From Nemertoderma westbladi (Eukaryota > Animalia > Xenacoelomorpha): a stretch of 64,000 nt of DNA. A model generated the notes under the pieces. That model had not been told where the DNA came from, ran no database searches, and saw nothing but the letters and a program-made list of their open reading frames with translations. Both the position numbers and the translations under genes were made by a program. Numbering within the stretch: the stretch's first letter is position 1; each line of letters begins with the position of its first letter. Of this stretch, positions 11,426 to 23,784 are shown in pieces. Where the stretch lies: NCBI GenBank assembly GCA_032718475.1, contig JAUCBJ010006629.1, positions 71,242-135,241 on the forward strand. The letters run 5' to 3'.

Positions 11426-13190
11426 CATTTTGCGGATAAAAAGTGAATTTTTTAATGAATAACTAGTAAAAAAACACTAGTTACCGTAGAAAAATATATA
11501 CTAAGGTTGAGAACATTCACCATTATAGTACCAATTTAATTTGGTTCAGGACAATTCGGTCCCATAACACAAAATAAATGGGACCGAATTGTCCGGGACC
11601 GAATTGTCCTGCTTCCATTTTTACATGTAGTTATAAAGTTGGAAACAATTTCTATTAATAACAAATTTATATTGCTCTATGCTTAACCCTTGGGCAGGAA
11701 CACCCTCAGGCTTCGCGCTCGGGTTGTTTCCTGCCCGCGGGTTAAATAACGGGGAAAATAACTAACTTCTGGGGAATAAGTAAGTTGTTACACATTTATT
11801 ATGGTATGCATTTCGATTATTTTTGTCCCTTAACAACTATTTACAGATTCTAAAAGGGCATTGTTTGGGGGAAGAGTTTACAAAATGGGGCTTGGAAAGT
11901 TTTGGGGGTGTTTATATTGATTTTTCCCAAGGGAATTGGAAAATTTTCGGTGTGTTTCACTTTAATTCATTAATTGCATAGGTGTTATTTTGCCCAAGGG
12001 AATAATAACACCCAAGCTCCAAGGTAAAACATTACTGTGTCATGTGTGTTGTACAGCTCTAGGCTTAATTCATCCAATCGCCGTAAGATTCGATCATCAA
12101 AAATCACCCGAATTTGTTAGTAAAAATTGATGTCAAACTTATTTAAATTGTTTACTTTCTAAAATTTCTATATTTTCCTATGTTGGCCGCTAGGGGTAAC
12201 ATATTGCATAAACTTCAAATTGGATATATAACTAAATTGGCTGAATTAATTGAATAGTATTTTTGGTGGACAAGTCATGTATCCATTACCCACAGACGGT
12301 ATTGTTCACATTAAATACATTTTATTAGTATAATTAAGAATTTAGTACATAGGAAAATAAAAGTTACAACTTTTTTCCACTATACTCGAGTTATTTTATT
12401 TCCCGAGCGCCAGCGAAGTTAATAAAGGGTCGAGAGAATATTGAAAAAAATGTGCTAGGCCCTACGTTTTTTGCATGAAATACAAAAGTAGTTGGTGGTC
12501 TGAATGCCTGATTTGCACCTGATGTGACACACAACAGACCTAAGACGAGTACAGCAGCATTACCGGTTCCTATGTTTGTATGTCAGTATGTAACACTTCA
12601 CTACTTCTAAGAGGGAATAACATGGTTATTTTGCCCTACTAGGGCAAAATAACTTTTATGGCCGTAGCCCAGCATTAGAGATAGTTATAATCCCGCTAAT
12701 AAATGTGTAACAAATAAAATTGTACTTTTATAGCTAATAGGAATAGAACAGTTGTTAACAATAAAACAGGGGTAATATTGAAGGGGCACTTTTACATAGC
12801 CCGATGTGTGAGGCGTTTTTTTTTTAATTTTGCAGCATTTTTTCAATAAATTTTTTAGAGATTTTAAATGGTAGCTGACTGTAGAACAATTATAATATTA
12901 TGTTCAAATAAAATAAAACAAGTCGGCAATTGAATCAAATAAACCATCGAAATGAACACTAATTAATTTTTGATAATATTTTTTTAAATGTTCAAGAAAA
13001 ATGTCAGCTATTTGTTATTGAAAAAATTATGTTCTAGAACAAATATTTAATAATAAAAACTTTTTTTTCCCGAGAAAAAAAACAAGGTTTGTATTAAAAT
13101 AAACCATAAACCTGTAAAACACGAGAAATAAGTTGTCACAAGCGATTGAACTATTGAAAGGATTTCAAATTTTGGTGCCGCACCAAAATT
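11426..13190. repeat. Copy 2 of the duplicated segment, with a ~1-kb insertion
   Basis: Matches 89-835 on both sides of 11670-12712. Confidence 0.9.
11670..12712. mobile_element. Non-autonomous DNA-element-like insertion absent from duplicate copy 1
   Basis: Missing at ~345. Inverted repeat TTGTTACACATTTATTA (11785) / TAATAAATGTGTAACAA (ends 12713); left hairpin TTAACCC..GGGCAGGAA...TTCCTGCCC..GGGTTAA. Confidence 0.55.
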
Positions 13191-13724
13191 TGGCCCACCG
13201 AGGAAAACAAGTTTGAAATTTCTAAATTAATTTATATGAATTCCTAATATCTAATTGCAAACTAATTCCATCCAATTAATCCATCTAATTCCTGCAAAAT
13301 AAACTAAATAAATTTTAGTTTGAAAAGGTTTTCTTCCGTATATTTATTAAATACCAAACCTTATACTAACTACGGTATGTAGCACAAATACTGGATGTTC
13401 AATATTCATGTTCTAGAACATATTTATTTTGTTCTAGAACATTTTATTTAAACTAACTAGTTGTCGCTACTTTTTAATCTCCTAGAACAAGTTCGTTATC
13501 AATTAAGGTTCTAGAACACTTTGTTTTACTGTAACATTAAAAATAAATTAAATATTATATTGATCGTTTATACAAACCGAATAAATAAAAACAGCTAGTA
13601 AATAATTACTGGCTACGCTGACTATCTAATAACAATTACTAGCGCTGTAATACTTATTAGTACTTTAGCAATTTAGCGGCAATTTACTTTATTTTATCTT
13701 TTAGATTCAATAATCCCCCTAACA

Positions 13725-14574
13725 ATGGCGCCGATCGAGGAACTCAAAATGATCCCGGGTACCGAGGAGGTTGTCTTTGTGTCTGACAACCTCCCCTGTA
13801 TCATAAACTCAACAACTCTCTACGAAAAGGAAGATCTACCGGGATCCGGAGGTTCTACCCGTTACTGGAGAGTCGCGGTTTCTACGGACGGGAACCGCGT
13901 TGCCTCGGGAACCGGTTGGGGGGGTCGGTGACTGTCTGGGAGCGGGAAGCGACCGGTTGGAGGGTCGTAGTGGAGGTACCGGGGGAGGAGTTAGTGGTTG
14001 GTGGGGGGGAGTATGAATAGGTGGGGAATAGATATAAATCCCTCCAACCGGGACGTCATTGCAACTTGTGGGGACGACGGGGGGATTTCTATTATATCAA
14101 TAACTGGGAGGAAATATAAGGTTACGAACTGGGTGGGGCATTCTGGGTCGGTTAACTGTATTCGGTTCGACTCGAACGGGTCCCGGTTGGCCAGCTGTTC
14201 GGAGGATAGAACAGTAAAAGTTTGGGTGACCGGAACCCGGGAGATGTTGTATCAATACCGGGGGCACAGTTGGGGGGTCTACAGTCTGGGTTGGGGTCCG
14301 GATGGGGAGTCAGTGGTGTCGGTAGATGAGGGAGGAGGGATCCATCGCTTCGTTGTTGGTACAGGGGAGACCTTGTGGAGACAGGAAGCAACTCCTGAGG
14401 TCCGGGGGATCGTATTGAGTCCGAACGGATCCAGAATCGCTGCTGTTGGGGTGAACACCGGGTTGATTTATATTCTAAATTCTGTAACTGGGGAGGTTAT
14501 CAACCGGATTGAAGGAACGGGGAGCGACATCCGTGCTGTCGATTTCTGTAAAGATGACCGGCATATTATTACAG
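13725..14574 (+). CDS. Coding exon 1 of host Roco gene: WD40 repeats (two compensating G7 frameshifts)
   Basis: GHSGSVNCIRFDSNGSRLASCSEDRTVKVW and GHSWGVYSLGWGPDG WD40 motifs. Upstream acceptor TTTTTAG at 13705; donor ACAG|GTAATT at 14574/14575. Confidence 0.8.
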
Positions 14575-15690
14575 GTAATTAATTAATAGACCTCTTTTAT
14601 TAAAACACGTTAAATTAATTAATTAGGCCTAGGGTCTAATTCAGTACCGTACCACGTACCATAGTAAGTAATAATCATTATAACACTTAAATGAATTAAT
14701 TACATTAATTATTATTCTTTAATTTAATTTTATTTAATTAATAATTTACTTACCGATATGATGCGGATTAACTGAACATTACCTTCACTGCCTCCTGCCA
14801 ATATTGGGTACCATGGGAACGAAATTAAAATTAGTCTAATAGGGGTATCAGAATATAGAACCATTACAACATAGTCTGCACTGTCAACACTGTAGTCGGA
14901 TAGTTTTAGGTGCGGTTTGGTTCCAGTAATAATGTAACATAAAAATAAACTAATAAACCAGCAATTAGCTTAATAATATTATGTATTCAGTTATCTGTTA
15001 GGTTGTTTGTTATTGGTTTGTATCAATGGCGTTTTAACCAACTGGTAGTTCTACTTAAATAAACAAACTATAATGGTACCAATAGGCGTACCGGTACTGC
15101 AATGCAGTAAAGTAACTGTAGAGAGAATACAACCGGTAATGTATAATAAAAACTTTCATTTTTAGGTCTGCCACACAGTCCCATTACTTAGGCATACAAC
15201 AAAGGCTTATTATAATAATATATTACACCTGTCATTTTAGATAAGAAGGGACATCCCTAACCCACACCCCACCTTATTTTTATACAATCTTTATCATACT
15301 TTATTTAACATGGGGCTACATAGAATTTTCTTTTTGGAATTTATAGACGTTTAACGTTTGCGATATCGCCCTCATTGCATTACGGCCATTCCTCATATTG
15401 GCCACAACGACATATTATTAGAAAGCTTGAGTTGTAAGGATTCCAAATATAAATATATTTTGAGTTTCGTTGAGAAACAGCTGAGATATAATACTGGCGT
15501 TCAAAGATTGTGATAAATTATCATTCGCTGGAAGTCATTTATTATTGTCATTTATTAGTGTTATTATTTTTATCATTTTTATAATAAAAATCCCATTTAT
15601 TTATCCTATTTATAATATATTATTATATTTATGTATGCATAGCTACACAAACATAAATAATATGTTACAGAAGGTTTTTGTGTTTACTAA

Positions 15691-15745
15691 GCCGGCACAG
15701 CATTCTTAAAAATGCAGCTGCAATGCAGCATGCCGATCCTAGTAG
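15691..15745. mobile_element. Second copy of the tiny insert, with 13-bp TSD
   Basis: TTGTGTTTACTAA at 15678-15690 and 15746-15758 flanks a core identical to 5102-5156. Confidence 0.8.
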
Positions 15746-16715
15746 TTGTGTTTACTAAACGGAATAACTGGTATATTATAATGAAAGATACTTCTTGCAA
15801 TCTTAGAACGCCCATATCTCATCTGTTTATCAACGAAATTGAGCTATTAATACATTTTTGGAATCCTCACAATGCAAGCTTTCAAATATATAAAAAATTA
15901 ATCACTATTGATGAGAAAAATGGCAACGAAACGAAGGCAACAATTTCGTAAAAGTCACTTTTATAAAACTTTTGTAAAAATTTAAATGTAAAATTGAAAA
16001 TTCCGGTTACATGGGGTCTTCTGCTCTGAGTTGAACTAATACAATTTTTAATAAGGCTTATTTCTGCGAGTTAAATTATCGTGCAGTAGGGAGCTGATTT
16101 TTGACTCATACGGTTTGGAATACTGTTTGGAACAACTTGACACTGTAGTATTTAGTTGTATGTAGCATTACAGTCTATTTTACATATTGCATGCATGAGT
16201 TTAACCTTCTTTCCCAACCTTCTTTAAATCGGAGCAAATTTGTTGAAATTTTTGAAACAGTTTCAAAACGAGTCAACTTAAACTTTGTAAAAAAAATTTT
16301 AAGGGGGGGGATACACCATTTTGGACCAAAATATTTTTACAATAAAAATATTTTTTTTTTGGTCTATTACAATGCACCATTGAATGGTGTTTCCAAATCT
16401 GATAACCGCTATTTCATAGCTCTTTTAGTTTTCAAGTTATAACAATTTCCATTTAGGAATTCCTATTGAAATTACTATTACTATGTATAATGAAAGGTCG
16501 ATTATCTCCAAATATTTTTGTTATTAAAGTGTCAACTTCAAAACCCTACTACTTCTACAATTTTTAAGTAATTAGTCTGAAACTTAAAAGTCTGAAAATT
16601 AGCCTGTGGGTGTCTAGATAGCCACCCTGCATAAAAGTATCAGACAACTTTGCGAAATTATTTGTTAATAAAATTTAATACTATTTATAACAAACCTAAA
16701 AATTTGCATAAATTT

Positions 16716-16733
16716 GCAGCGCCACCTAGCGGT
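16716..16733 (-). promoter_or_regulatory. CTCF-like motif
   Basis: Reverse complement ACCGCTAGGTGGCGCTGC closely fits the CTCF core consensus; binding cannot be shown from sequence. Confidence 0.35.
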
Positions 16734-17064
16734 GCAGAATTATTTTCACAAAATTTCGCCCGATAGTTATGTTGCCCCATCTTTAATCTATCACATAAAA
16801 AAACTTTCATGTGATTAGATTGCCTGTAAAATTGTTAGGGTTTTAAGCGCAACCAAGTTTTTTTTGTTGTTAACTAGTATTAACTAATATTAAATAGCGA
16901 AAAAAAAAATTTTGACCTGTCATGTAGAATAACATCTTAGGCACCTACCTATATGCCACATTTTAGCCAAAACCAAACAATTTTGAAACGCTGAGAGTGA
17001 TAAATCGAAGAGTTGTCCGAAAATGCTGTACCCCCCCCCCCCTTAATTGGTAGTTCGTCCGGTG

Positions 17065-17430
17065 TAACAGGCTGAGATAACTACCCACCAAATATGACTC
17101 CCCAGTCTTCTCAGTCTAGGCGGAGAACACCCCCAGTTTTTTTCCTAGATTTCTTAATTAACGGAAAGGAGCAGGTTACAATGGCAGGCTTTTCTAACCA
17201 AAACAATAAACGACAACTCATTAACATAGGTAACAGTTTAATTTTTGCAATATACGGAAATAGCACAGGTACGGATATTAATTATAACTCAATTAGGGAA
17301 GTTATCTCAGCCTAAGAGGAGTCATCTCAGCCTAAGGGGAGTCATAACTGGGTGTGGGGAGTGTTCTCAGCCTAGGCTGAGACGATTGGGGAGTCATTTC
17401 AAGAGGGAGTTACAGTATCTCAGCCTTGTA
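17065..17430. mobile_element. Fold-back/MITE-like element
   Basis: Inverted repeats AGGCTGAGATA / TATCTCAGCCT and GACTCCCCA..CTAGGC / GCCTAG..TGGGGAGTC. Confidence 0.45.
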
Positions 17431-17667
17431 AACCAGCACTATTGACTGCTATTAGACCGAAGTTTAAATTGGTAGTTCGTCTGGTCCAATATATTTGACC
17501 GAGTCCTACGTTCGAATTTATATGTGTGCAATCCAATCTGATCAAGGATTGTTTTTATAGCTTTGGAGACTGTTGGTACAAATCGTATAACACAATAAGT
17601 ATCGTCAGTAGGTTTGGGTGCTACTGTTGGAGCTAGCGGAGTGTTGGAGACTATTATCGACCACATC

Positions 17668-18090
17668 TCGCGGGTAGTTGTTTATATTAACAGTATACAG
17701 TATCGCGGGTAGTTGTTTATATTAACAGTATACAGTATCGTGGGTAGTTGTTTATATTAACAGTATACAGTATCGCGGGTAGTTGTTTATATTAACAGTA
17801 TACAGTATCGCGGGTATAGTTGTTTATATTAACAGTATACAGTATCGCGGGTAGTTGTTTATAGTAACAGTATACAGTATCGCGGGTAGTTGTTTATATT
17901 AACAGTATACAGTATCGCGGGTATAGTTGTTTATATTAACAGTATACAGTATCGCGGGTAGTTGTTTATATTAACAGTATACAGTATCGCGGGTAATTGT
18001 TGATATTAACAGTATACAGTATCGCGGGTAGTTGTTTATATTAACAGTATACAATATCGCGGGTAGTTGTTTATATTAACAGTATACAGT
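17668..18090. repeat. 35-bp minisatellite, 12 units, interrupted by the Polinton
   Basis: Unit TCGCGGGTAGTTGTTTATATTAACAGTATACAGTA; resumes in register at 57040-57083. Confidence 0.95.
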
Positions 18091-18576
18091 AGTAGTATAG
18101 AATGCTAGCCCACGGCATCAAGGTCACCCGTAGCCCATCATTACCATCCATTTCTAGTACTGCAGCCAATCAGAAGCCACCATTTCAACCTTTACCAGTG
18201 GTCGTTATTATTTCAACCAATCAGATGTCAGCATTTCATCCGTAACCATGGCAACTTCTCAAGTTCCCGCATCTTCCGCTAGAGGCGTTATTAGTCACCC
18301 AGCGCTAGTACTGCATCCAATCATAAGCCTTTATTTTACAGGTGTTCGAGTGTCTACACTTAGCATCAGGTAACGTCTACTATTTTTCAAATCGCTATTT
18401 ATCAGCGACCAGTATTTTCATATTTACCAACCTTTATTTTACAGACGCTAGAGGTGTCTACAGGTAACTTCTACTATTTTTCACCAGTAACTAAATTTAA
18501 TTTTGCAATTTATCAGATAACAAAATATTCAACAGGGTTCGAACTCGGGACTGTTATAACTCCTCACAACTCACCA
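18091..18576 (+). repeat. Left TIR (486 bp)
   Basis: Reverse complement of 56539-57039 with 4 substitutions seen and one 15-bp indel. Confidence 0.95.
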
Positions 18577-19035
18577 CTCACTCCCCCATCCAGCCTCAAG
18601 AGAAAAAGGCAATAAATATCCGAGTTATACCGTAGCTATTGAATTCTTCATCTTCAACTCTGGTGGCAGATGTTTATAAATAGCTTCTAGTTCGTTAACA
18701 TAATTACTATAGCATAGAATACATTAATTCGACTATTAATAATAATCGATTTCTTTTATCGATGTAACTGATCGGTCAACTAAGTTAAAATATAAGTTAG
18801 AATGACAGGGCTAGCATTGATCACGTTGCATCTGTTACTCGTTACTGCTATTTCACTCTCTAACTCACGCTAATGTAATAAATTTAGCTGTACACGTTGC
18901 ATCTGTTACACGAAGCTACTATATTCCTCACTGTAAGTCACTCTGCTGTATTAAAGCAACCATATAAACAGAAGTTTTACAATCTAATAATCATTTATTT
19001 AGTTTTTATTTTTCAAAATAGTTTTCATTCTAATT

Positions 19036-20481
19036 ATGGATTTATTTAAAAAAACTTCAAGCAATACTTGGAAATTTACATTTAATAAATATACCTGTAG
19101 TATTGTTTATGGCAAGTACTTTATATTACTCTCAAGCGATAGCAATGTAACAACGTGCTTCTCTTACCAGGATACACTCTACCTTCTAGACGTCTTAGAA
19201 ATATTAATCAACCGACAAAAGGAATCACCAGTTTCAAGAGGTAATATTTATCCTAATATAGAATTTACAACCGACGGCGTATGGTGCAATGAGGCAGAGA
19301 TTCTCATTCGCCATCTGGCCGAGACCCTTGTCACGAGACAAGCTGGGATGGCCGAGAGGGGCCTTGCCTGTGTGCAGGGTGGAGTTCGCCGGAGGATTCA
19401 ATTCGCCCTCCTCCGATCGAATTCTCTCTGCCTCAGAGGTGGTCGACGGTCTTGGCGCGGGTCGGGCTTTGGGGATGGGGCAGGTCTGCGGAGGTTCGAT
19501 TTGGCTACCCAATACTGATGAGTTGAATATGGGTGCAACATTATTGTTAAATTTTCTAAACTTTAATTAAATTTAACTCTTTATACAGTATGTATTTTCA
19601 TCATGTATAACCATCAATTATTGTATCCATATATTATATTATACCACGTTAATAAAAAAAAATTTACAAGAGGAAAGTTAAATATTTCCACCTGCATTAT
19701 AACTGAAAACGTATATATTCAGATGCAAGGCAAATGTCAAATTCTAAACAAATCACTCATTAATTTATTGCTTCAGAGTAAGACAGAAATATTAGAATTG
19801 TTATCACCACCACTCGAAATAATAAATCAGTGTTCTGTTGTTAATTTAACCAACCCATCTATTGTTGGTTTTGTAAGCAAATATAAAGGAACGACTTATA
19901 TGGGACTATGGGAGATTTCAGCTAGATATTCTGATGCTATTGGTCTTAGGTATTATAATGGGTTTAACTTAACAGCATCGGAAGTAAATTCATTGTGGTA
20001 TGAATGGAATTATGAAATTAGTAACGAAGGTGTCTTTTCAGAGCTAGATACGGACGATAAAGTAGCTTTATCTGACCGACTTAAAGTAAAAATAAATGTA
20101 CAAGAAAAAAAAGTAATTATTACAGACAAGGAAAGCAAATATTTACAGTTACATTACGATAAAGACATACCTCATATAGAGTTTCTCTATGATATGATGT
20201 TAAAGGTTTCATCAACTGATATAGCAGACGGTTTCGCGCTTCTATATCAACCAACTTGGAAGTTTAAGGTTAATAAGTCATGTCCAGAAGTAGTTTCATC
20301 CACATTTAATCCAAAGACATACATCGAAGAGACATCGAGTGATAGAAAGCGCAGATCTACATCTCAAACATCTTCCATTCCCGACAATGATTCTATACCT
20401 ACAAAGAAAATAAAAGTTACAAAAGCAAGTGAAGAGGTAGCAGATTACAATAAGGAACATATAAAAACAGTATCAGATTGA
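19036..20481 (+). pseudogene. Polinton PC4/Sub1-like ssDNA-binding domain protein (348 aa reconstructed), split by the CRE insertion
   Basis: Removing 19271-19669 gives an in-frame join PNIEFT-RGKLNIS. VSKYKGTTYMGLWE...GFNLTASEVNSL resembles the PC4 motif. Confidence 0.7.
19271..19660 (+). mobile_element. 5'-truncated CRE-like non-LTR retrotransposon
   Basis: DGVW..EA..LIRHLAE...VRRRIQFALLRSNSLCLRGGRRSW...DGAGL*, then 3' UTR and AATAAA/poly-A. TSD AATTTACAA at 19262-19270 and 19661-19669. Confidence 0.85.
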
Positions 20482-21032
20482 TTTATTATTAACTAGAGAC
20501 TTTTCTTTTTCAGTTTCACACTGACTTGTAAAGGTAACTTTTTAACACAAAGCGTGATTATTATAAAGTATTTGCATGTAAAGGTGACTTTATTGAGTAA
20601 ATATTGGTGATAGTTTAATGTGAGCATGGGATTATGTATAAAACATTCTCATGTAAATGCGTGAGTTTACACCACCATAATAAAACATTAGCGTGTAAAA
20701 CCTACTTTATCAATGAAAATTAAAAACGCATTATGTACATCTTGGTTTAGACTTGATTTTATTATAAAGAATTCAGTTGTAAAAGCAACTTTATTTATGA
20801 TGTTAGTTTCCCAATGAAACTGTTATTTATGATTGGTTGGTCTAAGTAGAAACTTGAAATATATATATAAAGAGCTCAACTGATTCAATCGAGCTCATTC
20901 TGAAAATATTAAATTAATTAAAGTTTAGATATTATATTTTATTTGTGTTGAGTAGCTTATGAATTTTTTTTTGATTATATATATATAACAATATTCATAT
21001 TAATTTTAAATTGTTTTTAGGATAATAAAGAT

Positions 21033-23784
21033 ATGGATAAACAATTGAAATGTCCATTTTGTCCTCTTCAAATTTCTAAACGAAATTATTTAACACATTT
21101 GAAATCGCATTTTGAAGAATACAATTGTTTTAATTGTCATGTGAAATGTTCACGTGAAGAAATTATGTAAACGACATGAAACGACTACGGGATGTAAAGA
21201 AATGAAGTTTTGCGTGTATGAAAAAACTTGCCCTACTTGTAATAAAGAGTATTTATATGAGAATTATTTACGTCACAACTGTCACCAACGTTATTATCAT
21301 GTTAGACCACCACAACGGAATCAAAACAATACTGTCGCATCTAGAAAAAGACTGAAATCTGGTCAAGGTCCATCAATTTTTAGCATCGAACGATCCTCAC
21401 ACGATAACCGTTTAGAAATCTATGTTTACAATCTTCCAAATGATGAAGATTTTCCTGATATTCATTCATCATTAATTAAAATTCTTCCCCATATTAAAAA
21501 CTTATTATTAGGAAAACTTAGCGAAATGAATGTACTTAGACCCTGGCTAGGTGTGAATATACTCATGTATCGATCACATTTTTCAGAGGGTGATCAAGAA
21601 GAAGCTTTCTATTTTAGTTCTTCAGGTGGTGCAGTTAATACCGTAGATTCACATGAAAGTTTTGACACATGGTTTGAGTATGTATTAGAAATATTGCAAA
21701 AAATAGCCATGTTTAACACTCGTGGCTCAGGGTGGCGCGTTAAATCTTTATTAAGAGTGGAAATTAAAGTAGCTGAATCCAAGTGTAGGTCACTGGAATA
21801 TAAGGGACACGGTTATATGGAGTTACCTAAGACTCTAGCGTGTAAACAATGTGTTATAAATATACAAACGGTTGATAATGATTGTTTTAAATGGGCAATT
21901 ATAGCCACAAAATTTAGTAGCAAAGTGAAGATAAACAAAAACCGTACTTCGCAGTACAAAAATTATATGAATCATTTTATTTTTGACAACGGCAACAAAG
22001 ATTATCCAACAGAATGGCAGCTTGCAATTAAACTTTTTGAAAAACAGAATTCTGCATATATAATTAATTTATTACTCTACGACAACAATCGAGTATCTAT
22101 ATTAAGACAGGCTCCATTTAGTAAAATCACTCCAGATAAAGAGTTATTGAATATATTACTTGTAAAAAATAAGAATACGAGTAAACAATCACATTATGTT
22201 TGCATAACTAACTTGAATCGTTTGATGAATACAACAGGTAAGCATATTAGATGTAGGAAATATTGCGAACGGTGTTTGTCGCATTTCTACAGAAATGTTC
22301 TAGAACGTCACCGTCTTGCTTGTTATCGAGGAAAAAGTCAAGTTGAGAAGCTACCGTCTGAAAAAAGAACTCACATTAGCTTTAGAAATTTAGACAGAAC
22401 ATTACCAGCATTGTTTGTAATATATTTTGACATAGAATCTATTTTGGAGCCAGCCACCAACAGTAAATTTATTCAGAATCATATTCCATGCGCTGTAAGT
22501 TATTTAATTGTTCCTAGTAGTGAATTAATCAATCCACCAAAATTTTCTTTGAAGACCTTTACAAAAACAATCGACAACAACTGTATTCAAGACTTTTTAG
22601 ACTCTGTATATAATGACATCACTCAATTATATAAGTGGGCAGAAACCCATACGCGAGAGAAGATTATACTTAACGATGTAGATAAGTTAAGTTTTTGGAA
22701 AGCTAAAACTTGCTTTTATTGCAATGTTTTATTTAAGGATAAGTCTGAGAAAAACAAACATCACTCACATATTACTGGTAACTATATAGCAGCTGCTTGT
22801 AACGCATGTAACCGTTCTTTATCGTTGAAACGACACATGTATATACTCGCTGCACACAACTGCAATCTCTACGATTTGCATTTTCTTTTACAAGTTGGTT
22901 TTACCAACAATAAATATTCTGATTGGGATATAAAGGTAATCCCTAAAAATTCTGAAAGGTATATTTCACTAAGTATGCATATACCAGTGAAAGATCAAAA
23001 ACAAAAAATCGAGCTACGTGTCTTAGACACATATCAATTTTTATCCTTTTCCCTAAGTACTTTAGTTGATTGTTCAACAAAGGATATAGACAGCGAGGAT
23101 ATAACATCAGTTCTACCAATTACTGAACAGCAAATGAAATATTTTTATCCAAATTTAAATAATGCAACAATTAAACGAAAAGGTATATTTCCCTACGAGT
23201 ATCTGACAGATTTAAATAAATTCAATGATTCGAAATTACCATCAATAGACAAATTTTATAGTAAATTAACACAAAATACCTGTACACCCGAGGAATATAG
23301 TTTTGCCAACGCATCATGGAGTCAGTTTGACTGCTCGAATCTCAAGGATTATCTTTTAGCATACTTAAAACTCGATGTTTGTCTCCTCGCCGATATATTT
23401 GAAAACTTTAGAAGAGTGTGTAGACAAAACTACGAATTAGAAGTAGTTTATTATTGTAGTATCGCAGCTTTCACTTATGATTGCGCTCTGAAATACAATA
23501 AATGTAAGTTAGCATTAATAAAGGATTACCAAACATATAGAGATTTTGAAGCATCTATTAGAGGTGGGGTTTCATTCTGTCGAAAGCATTACATAGAATC
23601 AAATATACCAGATACTGATAATTATGATTCAAGCAAGGAAGAGTGTCATATTTTCAATATAGATTTTAATTCCTTGTATTCTGGTAATTTAAGTAAAAAG
23701 CTACCTGTTTCAGGTTTTGAACAAGTCAACGTTACATATTTAGAGAATGCCGCTCCAGAAGAACTAATAAAATATTTAACCAAT
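21033..23784 (+). pseudogene. polB: Protein-primed family B DNA polymerase, N-terminal part (zinc fingers, exonuclease with endonuclease VII-like insert, motif A)
   Basis: ATG 21033, C2H2 fingers, +1 frameshift near 21160. Motifs RGSGW, YFDIES, CFYC..HHSHITG..ACNACN, HNCNLYD, KGIFPYEY, IRGG, DFNSLY; cut at the BEL TSD. Confidence 0.95.

Noticed and set aside
4393-11462. Many long ORFs in other frames ([31 protein letters not shown])
   Set aside because: By-products of a stop-poor 42-bp repeat; only the Pro/Thr/Ser frame shows a synonymous-variation signal.
17668-18090. CRISPR-like array (35-bp repeats)
   Set aside because: Units are head-to-tail with no unique spacers, in a eukaryotic context with no cas genes.
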